NCBI RefSeq assembly: GCF_963921235.1
Contig: NW_026948142.1
Span: 124,001-188,000, forward strand
Direction of reading: 5' to 3'
Source: Mobula hypostoma
Lineage: Eukaryota
DNA length: 64,000 nt
The notes under the pieces are model-generated. The model was not told the DNA's origin. It saw nothing but the letters and a program-made list of their open reading frames with translations, and searched no databases. Below, piece by piece: positions 22,701-34,770 of the stretch. The position numbers were made by a program, and so were the translations under genes. Position 1 is the stretch's first letter. Each line of letters starts with the position of its first letter.

Positions 22701-25015
22701 TTTGTCCCAGTGAGGAAGATAAAGAATGGTAGGGTGAAGGAACCATGGGTGACAAGTGAGGTGGAAAATCTAGTCAGGAGGAAGAAGGCAGCATACATGA
22801 GGTTTAGGAAGCAAGGATCAGATGGGTCTATTGAGGAATATAGGGAAGCAAGAAAGGAGCTTAAGAAGGGGCTGAGAAGAGCAAGAAGGGGGCATGAGAA
22901 GGCCTTCACGAGTAGGGTAAAGGAAAACCCCAAGGCATTCTTCAATTATGTGAAGAACAAAAGGATGACAGGAGTGAAGGTAGGACCGATTAGAGATAAA
23001 GGTGGGAAGATGTGCCTGGAGGCTGTGGAAGTGAGCGAGGTCCTCAGTGAATACTTCTCTTCGGTATTCACCAATGAGAGGGAACTTGATGATGGTGAGG
23101 ACAATATGAGTGAGGTTGATGTTCTGGAGCATGCTGATATTAAGGGAGAGGAGGTGTTGGAGATGTTAAAATACATTAGGACAGATAAGTCCCCAGGGCC
23201 TGACGGAATATTCCCCAGGCTGCTCCACGAGGCGAGAAAAGAGATTGCTGAGCCTCTGGCTAGGATCTTTATGTCCTCGTTGTCCACGCGAATGGTACCG
23301 GAGGATTGGAGGGAGGTGAATGTTGTTCCCTTATTCAAAAAAGGTAGTAGGGATAGTCTGGGTAATTATAGACCAGTGAGCCTTACGTCTGTGGTGGGAA
23401 AGCTGTTGGAAAAGATTCTTAGAGATAGGATCTATCGGCATTTAGAGAATCATGGTCTGATCAGGGACAGTCAGCATGGCTTTGTGAAGGGCAGATCATG
23501 TCTAACAAGCCTGATAGAGTTCTTTGACGAGGTGACCAGGCATATAGATGAGGGTAGTGCAGTGGATGTGATCTATATGGATTTTAGTAAGGCATTTGAC
23601 AAGGTTCCACATGGTAGGCTTATTCAGAAAGTTGGAAGGCATGGGATCCAGGGAAGTTTGGCCAGGTGGATTCAGAATTGGCTTGCCTGCAGAAGGCAGA
23701 GGGTGGTGGTGGAGGGAGTACATTCAGATTGGAAGATTGTGACTAGTGGTGTCCCACAAGGATCTGTTCTGGGACCTCTACTTTTCGTGATTTTTATTAA
23801 CGACCTGGATGTGGGGGTAGAAGGGTGAGCTGGCAAGTTTGCAGACAACACAAAGGTTGGTGGTGTTGTAGATAGTGTGGAGGATTGTCAAAGATTGCAG
23901 AGAGACATTGATAGGATGCAGAAGTGGGCTGAGAAGTGGCAGATGGAGTTCAACCGGAGAAGTGTGAGGTGGTACACTTTGGAAGGACAAACTCCAAGGC
24001 AGAGTACAAAGTAAATGGCAGGATACTTGGAAGTGTGGAGGAGCAGAGGGATCTCGGGGTACATGTCCACAGATCCCTGAAAGTTGCCTCACAGGTGGAT
24101 AGGGTAGTTAAGAAAGCTTATGGAGTGTTAGCTTTCATAAGTCGAGAGATAGAGTTTAAGAGTTGTGATGTAATGATGCAGCTCTATAAAACTCTGGTTA
24201 GGCCACACTTGGAGGATTGTGTCCAGTTCTGGTCACCTCACTATAGGAAGGATGTGGAAGCATTGGAAAGGGTACAGAGGAGATTTACCAGGATGCTGCC
24301 TGGTTTAGAAAGTATGCATTATGATCAGAGATTAAGGGAGCTGGGGCTTTACTCTTTGGAGAGAAGGAGGATGAGAGGAGACATGATAGAGGTGTACAAG
24401 ATAATAAGAGGAATAGATAGAGTGGACAGCCAGCGCCTCTTCCCCAGGGCACCACTGCTCAATACAAGAGGACATGGCTTTAAGGTAAGGGGTGGGAAGT
24501 TCAAGGAGGATATTAGAGGAAGGTTTTTTACTCCGAGTGGTTGGTGCGTGGAATGCACTGCCTGAGTCAGTGGTGGAGGCAGATACACTAGTGAAGTTTA
24601 AGAGACTACTAGACAGGTATATGGAGGAATCTAAGGTGGGGGCTTATATGGGAGGCAGGGTTTGAGAGTCGGCACAACATTGTGGGCCAAAGGGCCTGTA
24701 CTGTGCTGTACTATTCTATGTTCTATTTGTTTTTGGTAACGAGCTTCTTGGTGTGGGTTTCTGATGTCGAGCTTCCTGGAATGAGTGTCTGATGCTGAGC
24801 TTCTTAGTGTGGGTTTCTGACGGGGATTCTAACAGGAACGGTCCAGCAAAGGAATAGCTGGACCCCTGAGCTATTTATGTTGCAAGCCCGAAATAAGGAT
24901 CAGCTGCCTCAATTAAGGCACCCAACAGAAACAAGGGAAAACAAACAACCAGAGTACGGAATCCACAGACCGGACCGTGAACAGGAATGCAGAGTCCACA
25001 GATCGGACTGTGACA
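19754..25015. mobile_element. Solo-LTR-type element with internal about 30-bp tandem repeats (20130-20400), interrupted by a near-full-length CR1
   Basis: TGTTACA...TGTGACA ends; termini homologous to 30364-35822. No clean TSD. Confidence 0.7.
20410..24725 (+). mobile_element. Near-full-length CR1 LINE: ORF1 (zinc finger + SGNH esterase), ORF2 (APE + RT) with few stops
   Basis: ORFs 20788-21741, 21777-22622, 22650-23828, 23936-24565; (TTCTATG)n tail at about 24712-24725. The 5' boundary is approximate. Confidence 0.92.
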
Positions 25016-26529
25016 CTCATTGCCCGTCCATGGTCTCAGCGACTGCTCATTGCCCGTCCATGGTCCCACTGACTGCTCATTTCCTGTCTGTGGTTCCACC
25101 ACAGCTCCTCTACCAATCTACAACCCAAAACAATGCCTTCACCTTCCTCCACCTCTGTCTACAGTCCTACCAATTCCCTCCGCCTCTGTCCATGATCCTC
25201 CAACTACCTCCGCCTCTGTCCATGATCCTCCAACTACCTCTGCCTCTGCCCATAATCCTGTATCACCTCTGCCTCAGTGCAAGGTCCTTCCATCCATTGA
25301 TGGACTCATTAGTTTCTCCTGTTACTTCAGTCCCTCGTTTGTCAATAGTGCCTTGTCTCTTTACAGTGCCTCCACCCGTGCCCATCTGTTGATCTATCAA
25401 TGCGCCTTCTACGTTTTCCCACCTTCTGGAGTCGAACGTGTAACATTCTCCAAGGCCTTAACGTGCTGGATACAAAAAGGATGTTTCCTCTTGTAGGAAA
25501 ACCCAGGAGTAAAGAGTTGATGTTTCAGGAAAAGACCTGTCATCTCTTTATTTCTCCTCCAATGATGTTGCCTGACCTGCAGAGTTCCTCCAGCATTTTG
25601 TGTGTGTTACTCTAGAATTCCAGCATCTACAGAATCTTTTGTGTTAGTTATAAAGTTATAGAATTATACAGTGTGGAAATAGACCTTCTCCCATTTTGTC
25701 AATGCTGACTCCCGTTTGTCTAGTCCCATTTACGTGCATTTAGCCCATTTTGCTCAAAACCTGTCCTCTCCATGCAGCTGTCCAAATAGTGTTTTAATGT
25801 TGTAATTGTATCCATCTCTTACATTTCTTCTGGTAGCTCAATCTATGTAGCCACCACTCTCTGTTACCTCAAAGTTTCCCTTAAAACCTTTCCCCTCACT
25901 TTAATCCTATATTTTCTAGTTTTAGACTCCCCTGTATTGCGGAAAAGATTGTGTCCTTTCACCTTATCTATGCCCCTCATGACTACAAAATTTTATAAGG
26001 TCACCCCTTAGTCTCCAACGCACAGTGAAAAATGTCTCAATCTATGTATGTCTCACGTAATTTTATATACGGTACCTCCACTTACCCTCTTATCCTCTAG
26101 GAAAAAGTTGAAGCCTATCCACTTTCTCCTCATAAGTCAAGAAGTGCAATCTTAGTAACATCTGAGAAATCTAATCTCCCTTTCCAGTTCCTTCCTCCAT
26201 CCTTGTCCAATATCCCTCTATCTATCTGCAAGGCTACATTTTATGTAAGAATTCACATGTTTGAGACTGAAATATCTCTCCTTGTTTCTCTCAGAAACCT
26301 GAGTCAAAAGTTACAGGTAACAGAATCTTTGACTTCTTTTCAGGCAAAAGTAGATATGGCCCTGATAAGCGAGGAGGTATAGAGTTACCAGTGATAGATT
26401 GGAATGAAGAGTTAGGGTTACTGTCAGGATAGTGGTGTTCTCACTGAATGGTGAAGCAGGCTTGAGAGCAGCATAGCCCACTCCAGGTCAGAGTTGACAG
26501 AACCTCCATCAACATTTAAGAGGTTTGGT

Positions 26530-28150
26530 CCATAAGATATGGGAGCAGAAATAGGCCATTTTGGCTCACCAAGTCTGCTTCACCATTTCTTCATGGATGA
26601 ACCAATTTTCCTCTCAGCACCAATCTCCTGCCTTTTCCTGGATCCCTTCATGTCCTGACTAATCAAGAATCTATCAGACTCTGCCTTAAATATACATAAC
26701 AACTTGGTATTCACAGCTGGCTGTGGCAGAGAATTCCACAGATTCACCACTCTCTAGCTAAGGAAATTCATCCTCATCTCCATTCTAAATGGATGGCCTC
26801 TTTTCTGAAGCTGTGTCCTCTACTGTTTGATGACTCCCATCATAGGAAACATCCACTCGATCAAAGCCTTTCACCCATTCAATAGGTTTCAATGAGGTCA
26901 CCCCTCATTCTTCTGAATTCCAGTGAATACAGGCTCAGAGCCATCAAACGCTCTTCATATGACAAGCCATTTAATTCTAGAATCATTTTCGCGAACTTCC
27001 TTTGAACTGTCTCCAGTTTCTAAGATAAGGGGCCCAAAACTGCTCTCAATACTCCAAGTGAGGCCTCAACAGTACATCTTTGCTTTATGTTCTAGTCCTC
27101 TTGAAATGAATGCTAACATCACGTTTACCTTCCTCACTACACACTCAACCTGCAAATTAACCTTTAGGGAATCCTGCACATGGACTCCCAAGTCCCTTTG
27201 CACCACTGTTTTTTTGTACTTAATTAATTTTTTTATTTCTTCTACCAAAGTGCATTCACTTCCTGATACTGTATTTAAAATATAGAACATAGAATAGTAA
27301 AGCACTGTACAGGCCCTTCGGCCCACAATGTTGTGCCAACCCTTAAACCCAACCTCCCATATAAAACCCCACCTTAGATTCCTCCATATGCCTGTCTAGT
27401 AGTCGCTTTAATTTCACTAGTGTATCTGCCTCCACCACTGACTCAGGCAGTGCATTCCATGCACCAACCACTCTGGGTAAAGAACCTTCCTCTAATATCC
27501 CCCTTGAACTTCCCACCCCTTACCTTAAAGCCATGTCCTCTTCTATTGAGCAGTGGTGCCCTAGGGAAGAGGTGCTGGCTGTCCACTCTATTCCTCTTAA
27601 TATCTTGTATACAAAATTATATACAATTGTATGAAATATCTTGTATTTCATCTGACATTTCTTTGACCATTCTCCTAATCTGTCTAAGTCCTTCTGTAGT
27701 CTCTCTACATCCTCAAAACTACCTGCCCCTCCACCTATCTTCATATCGTCTGCTAACTTTGCAACAAAGCCAGAAGCGGTCTCAACACAGACCCCTGTGG
27801 AACACCACTAGTCATCGGTAGCCAACCAGTAAATGCTCCCTTTATTCCTATGCTTTGACTCCCACCAATCAGTCACTGCTCTATCCATGCTAGATTTTTT
27901 CCTGTAATACCATGAGCTCATAGCTTGTTAAGCAGCCTCATGTGTGGTACCTTGTCAAAGGCCTTCTGAAAAGTCAAGTACACAAAATCAACTGATTCTT
28001 GTTTGTCTATCCTGCTTGTTATTTCTTCAAAGAATTCCAACAGATTTGTCAGGCAAGATTTTCCCCTGAGGTGACCGTGTAGACTATGGCTGATTTTATC
28101 ATGTGCCTCCAAGTACCCTGAAACCTAATCCTTAATAATCGACTCCAACG
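26530..28150 (-). mobile_element. CR1 3' fragments, with a younger CR1 3' end nested at about 27282-27610
   Basis: Minus-strand ORFs with QRDLGV and KAFDKVPH; tail reads ATAGAAC on +. Confidence 0.75.
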
Positions 28151-28705
28151 TAGTCGATGGGACTAGGCAGATTAATGGTTTGGCACAGACTAGGTGGGCC
28201 TGTTTCTGTTCTGAATCGGTCGATGACTCTGCTTTCAGTTCTGTTGTCACACCCCCTCCCACCTGAGAAAAATATCATCTCTGCATATAACCATTCAATA
28301 AGACTAACTGCCACACTTCACATCTGAAGTGTTACAGGCCAAGTATGCTTAAATCTCTCCTCGTATAACAAACCCACCCTCCTGGCAATGCTGGAGACAG
28401 TTGGGGTTATACAGGAAGAAACTTTACCCAGAAGGTAAGGAATCTGGAATTTCCTACCAAGAGGACCCTCAATGTTCAACTGCTGAATATACTTGATATA
28501 GTCTGGGAGATCTCCAGGTAGAAGAGGCATTGAAGATTAGCCATGATGTACAGTCAGTGCAAGGGGCTGAATAGCCTCAGGCTTCTACTTCCTCTGTCTA
28601 TGCCCCCATTTCATCCTCAACCCCTGCTCTCTGGCCTGTCCATTTTCTGTTGTGCAGTCTGTGCCTGGCCCTGGCGTTGATGTTGTTTGATGTTTTGTGT
28701 TGCAG

Positions 28706-28854
28706 GTACCTGGTGAGCCGGCCTGAACTGCACCAGTTCATTGAGTGCTGTATGAGTGCAGTTGGAGCGCGAAGCAGCCATGGATCAGCAATGGCCGATG
28801 TACTGGTGGAAGGAGATTATCGAGGACATTATAGCCACGGACTGAACAGACTTG
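28706..28854 (+). CDS. Ldh_2-family oxidoreductase, exon 2 (YLVSRPELHQFIECCMSAVGARSSHGSAMADVLVEGDYRGHYSHGLNRL)
   Basis: T-rich tract + tgcAG acceptor (28704-28705); donor GTGTGT at 28855; 149 nt. Contains the family motif D-x-R-G-x-x-S-H-G. Confidence 0.92.
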
Positions 28855-29252
28855 GTGTGTGCACATAATATTTCTGTTTGCCCTGTGGTACTGAGGATAA
28901 CTCTTCACTCACCATGAGGAACATACATGCCGTTTACTATATACACACACACACACATTCGCACCACTATCTGACAGAAGTTTCTGCACACCTCACTTCT
29001 CAATGACCATCCCCTATTCTTACATCTGTTCCCTTGTTAATAACTCTTGTTTGAAAACATTTCTCAAATACTTAATTTAACTTCAAAATCTGCATGCTAT
29101 AATTTCATTGTGCCTTATTATGTGCAGTTTACTATCAGAGACTAGTTTGGGAAAAGGGTATAGTTGATGTTTTGAGCTGAAACCCTTCGGCAGGACTTTT
29201 CTCCATAGATGCTGCCGGGCCTGCTGAGTTCCTCCAGAGTTTTGTGTGTGTT

Positions 29253-29920
29253 AGATTAGATTATGAGGACACTCAGTCCTCGTTTATTGTCATTTAGAAA
29301 TGCATGCATTAAGAAATGATACAATGTTCCTCCAGAGTGATATCACAAAAAAAGGACAAACCAAAGACTAACACTGACAAAACCACATAATTATAACATA
29401 TAGTTACAACAGTGCAAAGCAATACCATAATTTGATAAAGAGCAGACCATGGGCACGGTAAAAAAAAAGTCTCAAAGTTCCGATCGACTCCCGATAGTCC
29501 TGAAAGCAGGCGGCAAAAGGGAGAAACTCTCCCTGCCATAAACCTTCAGGCACCGACAACTGCCGATGCATTGGAAGCACCCGACCACAGCCGACTCTGA
29601 GTCCGTCCGAAAACTTCGAGCCTCTGACCAGCCCCTCTGATACAGCCTCCCGAGCACCATCCTCTGCCGAGCACTTCGACCTCGCACCGAGCAACAAGCA
29701 AAGCCGAGGACTCGGGGCCTTCTCCGGAGATTTCGGACCACACAGTAGCAGCGGCAGTGAAGCAGGCATTTCAGAGGTTCCTCCAGATGTTCCTCCATGC
29801 TCTCACATCAGTCTCTATGAAATCAGGATTATGCACAGCACCCTACTTGACAGATAACAGATATCATTTCACCGGAGTGGCCACTACGCGCTGCATCGTG
29901 CTGCCATCTTCTCCTCCTCC
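29253..29920 (-). mobile_element. Non-autonomous LINE-related element (about 670 bp)
   Basis: Minus strand begins GGAGGAGGAGAAGATGGC and ends in a (TAATC)n tail; CpG-rich; no credible ORF. Confidence 0.55.
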
Positions 29921-30418
29921 TTGCTAGGGTTAATTCAAGATTGTTTAATGTTATTTCCAGTATACTAGTGTAAAGGAAAACAACACAATTGTTACACCGG
30001 ATCTGATGCAGTGCAAAAAAAACACAATAAGATAAAGAACACAACAATAAAAAATCAGTAATAGAACAAATTATTGTCCTTGAAGATTAGGAAATTGAGA
30101 AACTTACTGATTTAATCAATGACATTTATGAGACTGGAATAATACCAGGAGGGATGAAAAAATCAGTATTTATCACTCTTCCTAAGAAAGCTGGAGCAGT
30201 AAAATGTGAATTACATAGGACCATAGGTTTAATGAGTCATATCACCAAGTACGTCTAAGAATTTTGATGACGAGCTAAAAGTAAGATACAAGCTGAAATA
30301 GGCAAAGAACAATGTGGTTTTGTGAAAGACAAAGGTATAAGAAACGCAATATTGATGTTAAGGTGTCATAAGGCGGTGGCTGGGAACGGACCCAAGTGCA
30401 AAACACAGACACTGAAGT

Positions 30419-33400
30419 CTTTTTTCTTGGGGATGCGTTCAGGCTTTTTCTTTCTTTCGCCGGATTTTCTTCCTTGGGGTTGGTGGGATGTTTGGGGGTA
30501 TTTTTGTATTTTGGGGTTTATTGTGGGATTTTTTTTCACACACACTTTTTGTATTTTTCCCCATTATGGAGTTCCGGTTTTCTATTTGGTTATATTCATC
30601 ACCGCCATCTTTGATTAGCCCACGATGGTATGCGTGTATTGTCGTATTTAGAATAATACTTAATGGTACTTAAACAGATAAGCGTTATTAGTTGGAATGT
30701 ATGTGGCTGGAATCACCCTATTAAGAGAAGGAAGACATTTAAAGTTATTAATCGATTCCAGCCCGATATAATTTTTGCTTAAGAAACGCCTATCAGAACG
30801 GGCGATCAAAATAGATTTTTTAAAACATGGAAGGGCCTTCAATACCATGCTACTTGTCAAAATAAAACAAAGGGAGTATCTATTTTTATTAAATCTAATA
30901 TTTTATTTATTCAAGAAGACATTGTCTCAGATAATAATGGTAGATTTTTAATTATTAAAGGAACAATTTGTAATAGAAAAATTGTCTTGGTTAATCTATA
31001 CGGACCTAATGTAGATGATCCTTTTTTTTAAAATGTATTTGGTTTATTACCAGACTTAAATGAATATATGCTGCTGATGGGAGGTGACTTCAACTGTTTC
31101 TTAAGCCCTTTGATTGACAAAAGTTCAACCAATCAGCAGCTTCCGAGTCATTTGGAAATGTGAATATGATGCTATTGCAGTCTCGGATCATGCGCCTTTA
31201 AGTTTAACTTTTGAGTTAAATGATGTTAGTAATGTAATCTTGCCTTGGCGCTTTCCGGTAAATTTATTACAAAGTTCGGACTTTGTTAAATTTTTAGAGA
31301 TTCAGATAAATGATTTCTTTCTTTTTAATAATACGGGAGATGTTTCGAAATTGATTATATGGGATACACTCAAAGCATATTTGCGAGGTCAGGTAATATC
31401 TTATTTGGCTAAACTCAAGAAACTGACAAAAATAGAATTAAACGCAAACAACAGGAATTCTGCAGATGCTGGAAATTCAAGCAACACACATCAAAGTTGC
31501 TGGTGAACGCAGCAGGCCAGGCAGTATCTCTAGGAAGAGGTACAGTCGAATTAGATAGAATTTCCAAACTAATTAAAGATCTAGATAATACTTACGCAGT
31601 TTCTCCTAATGTTGATTTATTTAAACAAAGGGTTGAACTTCAATCACAATATAATTTACTATTAACTTATCCTATTGAAAGAAATTTGCTTAAATTAAAA
31701 AGTCAATTTTATATGTTTGGAGATAAAAGTAACAAGCTATTAGCATCTCATCTTAAAGCAGTTAGAGCTAAAAGACAAACTTTAAAAATTCGTAAGAGAG
31801 ATGGTAGGTTAGCTTGTAATTATGAAGATATTAATTTTTTCAAGACTATTACAGTGAACTCTGTAAATCTCAGTTTCCAGCTGACCCTTCTAATATGTAT
31901 GCCTTTTTACAAAAAATTGACTTTCCTAGATTATCTGTTGAAGATCAGCAAATTCTTGATGTTCCTCTTACCGAAAGAGAAATTCAGAAAGCTATTCTCT
32001 CAATGCAATCTGGTAAAGCTCCTGGATTGGATGGTTTTTACTGTAGGATTTTATAAAAAATTTGAACATTTGTTTACTCCTTATATGTTGGAAATGCTTA
32101 AAGATTCTTCTCTGTTAGGAGAGTTACCTTCCACATTTTATGAAGCTTCTATTTCTTTAATCCTTAAGAAAGATAAAGATCCTACTGATTGTGCTTCATA
32201 TAGACCTATATCATTATTAAATGTGGATGCCAAAATTCTTTCAAAAATAATGGCTAATCGGATGGAGAATATACTAGCTAAAATTGTTTCTCAGGATCAA
32301 ACAGGTTTTATAAAAGGCCGTTATTCTTTTTCTAATACTCGGAGATTGTTAAGTATTATATACTCATCCCTTTCTAAGACTCCCCAATGTGTTGTTTCTC
32401 TAGATGCTGAAAAGGCATTTGATAGAGTTGAATGGAAATATCTATTTAAGGTTTTAGAGAAATTTGGCTTTGGTACTAATTTTAATAAATGGATCAGATT
32501 GATATAGAAAAGCCCTATTGCCACTGTTATCACTAATAATTGTAGATCCTCCATTTTCCAACTTTCTCAGGGTACGAGACAAGGATGTCCGTTAAGTCCT
32601 CTGTTATTTAACTTGATGTTGGAACCCTTGGCTATTGCACTTCGTGAAGCTAAAAATATTCAAGGAATTTCTATAAATGGGACTATTCATAAGATCTCCT
32701 TTATGTGGATGATCTTTTGGTTTATATTTCGAATCCCGAAGAATCTATTCCTAGCTTATTGAAATTTTTAAATGAATTTGGATTGTTTTCAGGATATAAA
32801 TTAAACCTGCATAAAAGTGAATTATTTCCTTTAAATGATTCTGCTTCTATATATGATAACATTCCTCTAAAAGTTACGGATTCTTTTAAATATTTAGGTA
32901 TTACCATTACTAAAAATTATGGAGACCTTTATAGAACTAATTTAGTTCCCTTAGTGGATTTTATGAAGCAATTTTTTTCTAGATGGAGTCCACTTACACT
33001 TTCATTAGTAGGTCGAATTCATGCAGTTAAAATGATGATTTTACCAAAATTTTTATATGTATTTCAAAACAGTCCTATTTTTCTAACTAAGAAGTTTTTT
33101 GATCAAGTTGACTCTATATTACATCTTTTGTTTGGAATAATAAAAGACCAAGAATTGGTAAATGTCATTTACAAAAATTAAGAAAGGATGGGAGTCTTAC
33201 TTTGCCTAATTTAAGAATGTATTATTGGGCGGTTAATGTACGTTATGCGTATTCTTGGTTATATTGGACCGTTAAAAAGGAACGACCATCTTGGGTTGAT
33301 TTGGAATTGAAAACTGTGAAACAATTTCATTTAACTTCATTATTAGGATCTCCTTTACCTGTACAATTAGCCAAAATTTCTATTCTAAATATAAATCCTA

Positions 33401-34770
33401 TGATTAATCAATTATTATGAATTTGGTATCACTTTTGTAAGTTTTTTAATCTTAAAAAATTTAACCTTTTTAGTTTAATTTATCGAAACTATTTATTTAA
33501 ACCTTCACTTAATGATCCTACCTTTTCTCTTTGGAGGAATAAAGGAATTTTTTCCTTTATGGACTTGTTTCAAGAAGATGGATTGATGTTCTTTGAGAAA
33601 TTAGTAACTAAATACTCTCTCTCATATTCACATTTTTTGCAATATCTTCAGGTCAAACATTTTTTACAAGAATATTTAAGTAATTTTCCACATACGTATA
33701 CAAGATTCTGACCTGTTAGATATTATTTTAAAAATGAACCCTTTAGTGAAAGATTTTATTGGGAAAATTTATAATTTACTATTACAACAGGACAATTATC
33801 CTTTACTTAAAATTAAGCAAGATTGGGAAAGAGAGCTTAATATGACCTTGATAACAGAGGATTGGTTGCGAATTTTGAAGCTGGTTAACTCTTCTTTGAT
33901 TTGTGCTAGTCATTCTCTAATTCAATTTAAAATTGTACATCGTTATTATTTGACGAAGGAGAGATTGTCTAAAATATTTCCTAATGTAAATAGTTAGTGT
34001 GATAGATGCAAAACTGAGATAGCTACATTGACACATATGTTTTGGTCATGTTCTGTATTGAAACAATTTTGGAAATCTATTTTTTCTACAATCTCTTAAA
34101 GCTTTAAGAATCAATTTACAGCCTAATAAATTGACAGTTTTGTTTGGTATAATTCCTCAACATATTCACGGTATTTCTATATCTGACCAATACGTAATTG
34201 CATTTGTCACATTATTGGCTAGAAGGGCTATTTTATTAAAATGGTAAGATGTCTCTGCTCCCATTTTGATACAATGGTTCTCTCAGGTGATGTTATATCT
34301 TAGTTTGAAAAAAATTGGAAGTCGAACTTTTGATCCTAAATTTGACTTCAAGAAAATGTGGGGTTCTTTTGCTCATTATTATCACTTGACTTGAGTTAAT
34401 TAAGATGGTCCTTTTCTGATGCTTAGGTATATGGATTGATTGGCGGTTTGATGTCTTTTTTTTAAACTGGAAGCTTGTATGGCACATAGCTCCAGGTTTG
34501 TGCTCCAAATGGGTTTTTTCCCCTTTTTTTTTAAAGTTATCAGGGGTTTTCTCTGTTTCAGTTAGTAGGGGTTCTTTATTCTTTCTTTCCTTCTTTCCAT
34601 AAAAAAAAGCTTTAATACTTTGTTTTTTGATTATTATTGGTATACTGTTCAGCCTGATTGATAGTTTAACATTTACTCTACATATGGTTATGTTATCTTG
34701 ATTATTTTGATGTATTTTTCTCTGCTGTTGATTTTCAATAATAATTAATAAAAAGATTTAAAAATGAAAA
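30419..34770 (+). mobile_element. L1 LINE ORF2 (frameshifted), nested in the LTR
   Basis: SDHAP, YRPISLLN, DAEKAFDRVEW, SLIQFKIVH; A-rich tail; TSD TGAAGT (30413-30418, 34771-34776). Confidence 0.9.
31441..31547 (-). mobile_element. Penelope-type short repeat inserted in L1
   Basis: TSD GAATTA (31435-31440, 31548-31553); near-identical to the 9100-9200 sequence. Confidence 0.85.

Larger units (their letters stand above)
18865..25098 (+). repeat. 30-bp minisatellite (CCGACTGCTCATTCCCTGTCCATGGTCTCA-like), split into four blocks by insertions
   Basis: Blocks at about 18865-18980, 19161-19275, 19660-19750 and 25016-25098. Confidence 0.75.

Noticed and set aside
24870..24910. Twister-ribozyme-like GTTGCAAGCCCG...TAA
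   Set aside because: The required pseudoknot partners are not evident; it lies within LTR sequence.
28650..28868. 72-aa ORF as a standalone signal-peptide protein
   Set aside because: The hydrophobic start is a translated splice-acceptor tract; only 28706-28854 is coding.
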